Part shown: positions 60,988-64,000 of the stretch, one piece after another
Numbering within the stretch: position 1 is the stretch's first letter
Layout: every line of letters begins with the position of its first letter
NCBI GenBank assembly: GCA_900088475.1
Contig: FLMG01003710.1
Span: forward strand, 1-64,000
DNA from: Hyphochytrium catenoides
Taxonomy: Eukaryota > Protista > Hyphochytriomycota
Direction: 5' to 3'
Length of the DNA stretch: 64,000 bases
Notes under the pieces: generated by a model
The model's database searches: none
What the model was told of the DNA's origin: nothing
The model's input: only the letters and a program-made list of their open reading frames with translations
Translations under genes and position numbers: made by a program

Positions 60988-63900
60988 TCAGAACAACGAG
61001 AAGTCATCTTCATCGGCGGCTGCTGTCTGACTCAGGCCATTGGCAGGAGCCGCGGCAGCAGCTGGAGCGGCAGAAGGAGGCGGCGGAGCTGAAGCCTCAG
61101 GTACCTCATAGCGCCTCTCATCTGTGGACAGTCTAAGATCTCCCAGGGTGTTTCCAAGGGCCTCTGAACCTTGGAGGGCTGATTAGGATTGCTATCTACA
61201 TCGATCAGCGACATCGTGAAGCTCAAACCTGATGTTGCAGTGCTCCTTCGTGAACTACTCTGATCACTAGAGAGACTAGAAACCTCCAGGTCATCAAGGG
61301 CGGAGGTCCTCGTGACAGTGTGGCAGTCTTGCTCGCTACTTTGCCCAGAGGAGGCCGATAAATAATCGCCAGCGTCCCCTTGCAAGGCTTCGGAAGGTAA
61401 ATGTGGATGATGGTGCATGCGCATAGTCTCGGTGGCAGGGAGAACCCGTATGTTGGACGAGAACTCTTCAGTAGGTTGCGGAAGTGGCGAAGCTGATATG
61501 ACAAGGCTTCCTGAAGGATGCAAGGGCACTTGTGATTTCTTGTGGGCTATTAAGGCCTAGAGAATTATCGGGTCAGAACGCCTCTTGAATGGACTACTCA
61601 GGCATACTCTTTCCTTACCGTCATCATAACCCTTGCCTCGGCAACGAGGACCGTGTTGAAGACATCCTTGTCATAAATCTGAAATAGAACCTCTTCGTCT
61701 AAGCGAAGAGTCAGGAGGATGTCGTTTCTCTGAAATTGAGTGCTCTCCTTTCTTACCTGGAACAACCTCTTCCTTATAGCCAACCTTAAATATTCCCCCT
61801 GTGAACTCGGGAACTAAACTTTTCACTCGCTCTGTCTTGAAAGCCCGACCACGAATAGAAGCCTGTGGAAAAGAGACATCACACTTACAGAGGCTCCCCT
61901 CCTCACCTGCAGGTCACATATGAATTTTTACCTCGACGTAAACATCAATGTCCCCATTCTTGCGCGGAGATGCTAAGTTGACAGCGCCATGAATTCTCAC
62001 CTCTACTAAGAGCTTGGGCCTTGTACACGCATACTAGCAAAGTGTTAGGCTGTATTGGAAAGTATCAGGAAGGACAGAAGGGGCCATGAGAAAGCCTCGT
62101 AATATAGGAGTCTATGCGCAGTGACGTGGGCATTTTACGTCCTCCAACACAATCACCATTTGAGCAGGAAGAACAACAACGGTGAAAGATCATAAGTCAT
62201 AGTCCCAGGATTTGCACCATTGATGGACTAGGGGACTAATATGATCGCTACCTCTACAATTACAGCGTGAAGCCTCTTGTCAGCCAACATCTCCCGATGT
62301 TCTGCTGCCTCCAACTCTGTGATATCCACTGGAAAGCCGTACTGCTTCTCCCAGAGCTTGCAGTATCTCATGCTTAGATATGGAACGGTGCCATCTCCAG
62401 AAACGGTGCGGGTCTCCCCTGTGTCTGGAATGACTTGCTGCGTGTTGCGCGTTTCGTAGGCAATGCCTCCTTTAACAGTAAGGGTGTTGTTGCCTTGTAT
62501 TACAGCCGACTTGGTCCAGGAAAATTCATTAGAAGCATGCAAGAGGTATTAGGTCAGAGTCAATGTCTATCGGCTTAAAGGAGACGAGAATGTGTTCCAT
62601 CTAGGACTACACAAGAGGGGTTTACGTCCAGTCATGATTTCCTAGGAGAGCGTAAACCATGGATGAAGACCAAAGAGACCGACTCGCTTGACCGCGGGTA
62701 AAAGAAAGGCGGGTGTACCTTGTCGGGTTTATATTTGGAATTGGTAGCTCCCCGCACCAAGCGAAAAGTTTTCCTTCGATAGAAGGTCATGACCTCCGTA
62801 TCAAGATTGATTCCATATACAACCTAAGCACATTCATGAACCGGTAACAGTCGCAAATGTAAGGCAGCACGTGGGCGCGTGTGTCCGCGAATATAGAGCT
62901 TAAACCGCGAATATAGAGCTTAAGGAGCTAAGGTAGGGCAAAGGCGTAGACAAGTCACGGACCAAACCTGGCATCCGGTTAGCTCAGGTCAACATATGCA
63001 CCCCGGAAGAGAAGCCAATAATGTATGCGATATAATCAGTTCCTATCTTACCTTTAGTTTGCAGGGAGGAGGATGTAGGACCCTTGGCAATGTGCTGCCT
63101 TCAGTGAAGCCAAAGTTAGGGTCGCCCTCATAGTACTGATACCATTGCCTTAGCTTGTAGTCAATATTATCAAGCGCCATCATCTCCTGATTCTTGCGGG
63201 GCTGGTAGCGCTTATTAGGGTTCGTGCGGTGCACGGGATACCACCCTGTAGGAGGTGTGATCAGATGATAGTAACCAGAGTAACATTCCAGTCTCCGTGC
63301 CTGTGGGAGGGTTGAAGCCCTGGAAATTCGGATTGTACGCTGCTATCTTGGAGGCCACTTCTTGTGATAGCGAAGAATAAGGTACAAACTGAGCAAAGTG
63401 GTCAGAGCGTCTTCATAAGCTTCCGCATAATATAATGACATTAAAAAGAAAATTAAGGCCGCTTACCTCTATACGAATATGGATGGCAGCTTTCTGGCTG
63501 AGTGGGAACGGTCCGCTGTTCGGTGGGATCAATTGAGGTATTATTAGTTAAGATGTGATTGAAGCAGATTGTGTCAGTGGGAGCACCATATGTGGGTGAC
63601 GGCTGAGGTAACGATCAGAAGGCACTAACCTGTAAGTTGGCTGTCCCCTCAGTAGTGAGGCGATGGTAACTTCATTAGCCGCCACAGTCTTCTGAGACCA
63701 TCGCATTCCTTGCGTTGTGCCCACAACGCCTGCCACCATGCCGCTGGCTTTCTTGATCTTTATGCTTATCACTTCATTCAAAGAAACCTGATCGGGCCTC
63801 TCAGAAACGAACTCGAACGCAGCGTTGTAGGCAGGTGTCCTAGCATGCAAGAACCAATTAAGGGTATGATGACGGGTAAAAGAAAGCACTATGGCTCTGT

Positions 63901-64000
63901 TAGGAGCCAGAATGACAATCATACTGAGAGGTGAAGGTTCGAAAGCGTTAGAACTCGGTTTGGCGCTAGCATTTACCTCCCCACCACTTCCATCGTATTT
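60988..64000 (-). CDS. LCAT / lysosomal phospholipase A2 / PDAT family acyltransferase with C2-like domains; 5' end outside the window; stop at 60988 (alternative 61032)
   Basis: HPPPCKLKVVYGINLDTE, SGDGTVPYLS (catalytic Asp) and AEHREML (catalytic His). Downstream C2-like exons read VEVRIHGAVNLASPRKNGDIDVYVE, FKTERVKSLVPEF and VLFQIYDKD. Confidence 0.78.
62885..62923. repeat. 20-bp-period tandem duplication in an LCAT-gene intron
   Basis: ccgcgaatatagagcttaa occurs at 62885 and 62905. Confidence 0.9.

Noticed and set aside
1-64000. tRNA, rRNA, snRNA or intact transposase/reverse transcriptase genes
   Set aside because: No cloverleaf or T-loop context, rRNA/snRNA signature or TE protein motif was recognised by eye. 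A covariance-model scan would be needed to exclude small ncRNAs.

Overview
Eukaryotic, intron-rich, gene-dense genomic DNA with pyrimidine-rich introns, GA/CT microsatellites and two N gaps. A stramenopile-like protist is my inference from the PX-domain myosin and the WRKY19-like Cys/His repeat protein. By manual splicing I reconstruct 12 protein-coding genes: MYG1 (5'-truncated), a retinol saturase-like FAD oxidoreductase, a 5'-nucleotidase-type metallophosphoesterase, an unusual kinesin-5-like motor, DNA primase small subunit, two tail-to-tail paralogous receptor-type class III nucleotide cyclases, a JmjC oxygenase, a Cys/His zinc-finger repeat protein, a mucolipin-like TRP channel, a myosin with an IQ-PX-GAT tail, and an LCAT/PLA2-family acyltransferase with C2 domains (5'-truncated). 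I found no tRNA, rRNA, CRISPR array or intact transposon. The most notable observations are: (1) a phase-consistent splice path joining a PB1-like plus beta-propeller region to a kinesin-5-like motor that is followed by an EF-hand instead of a coiled-coil stalk; (2) a duplicated pair of bacterial-style dCache-HAMP-cyclase receptors with a non-canonical Asp/Gly purine-specificity pair, the Gly on a 22-nt micro-exon; (3) adjacent endolysosome-type genes with unusual domain architectures. All gene models are hand-built from the sequence and need RNA-seq and HMM confirmation.
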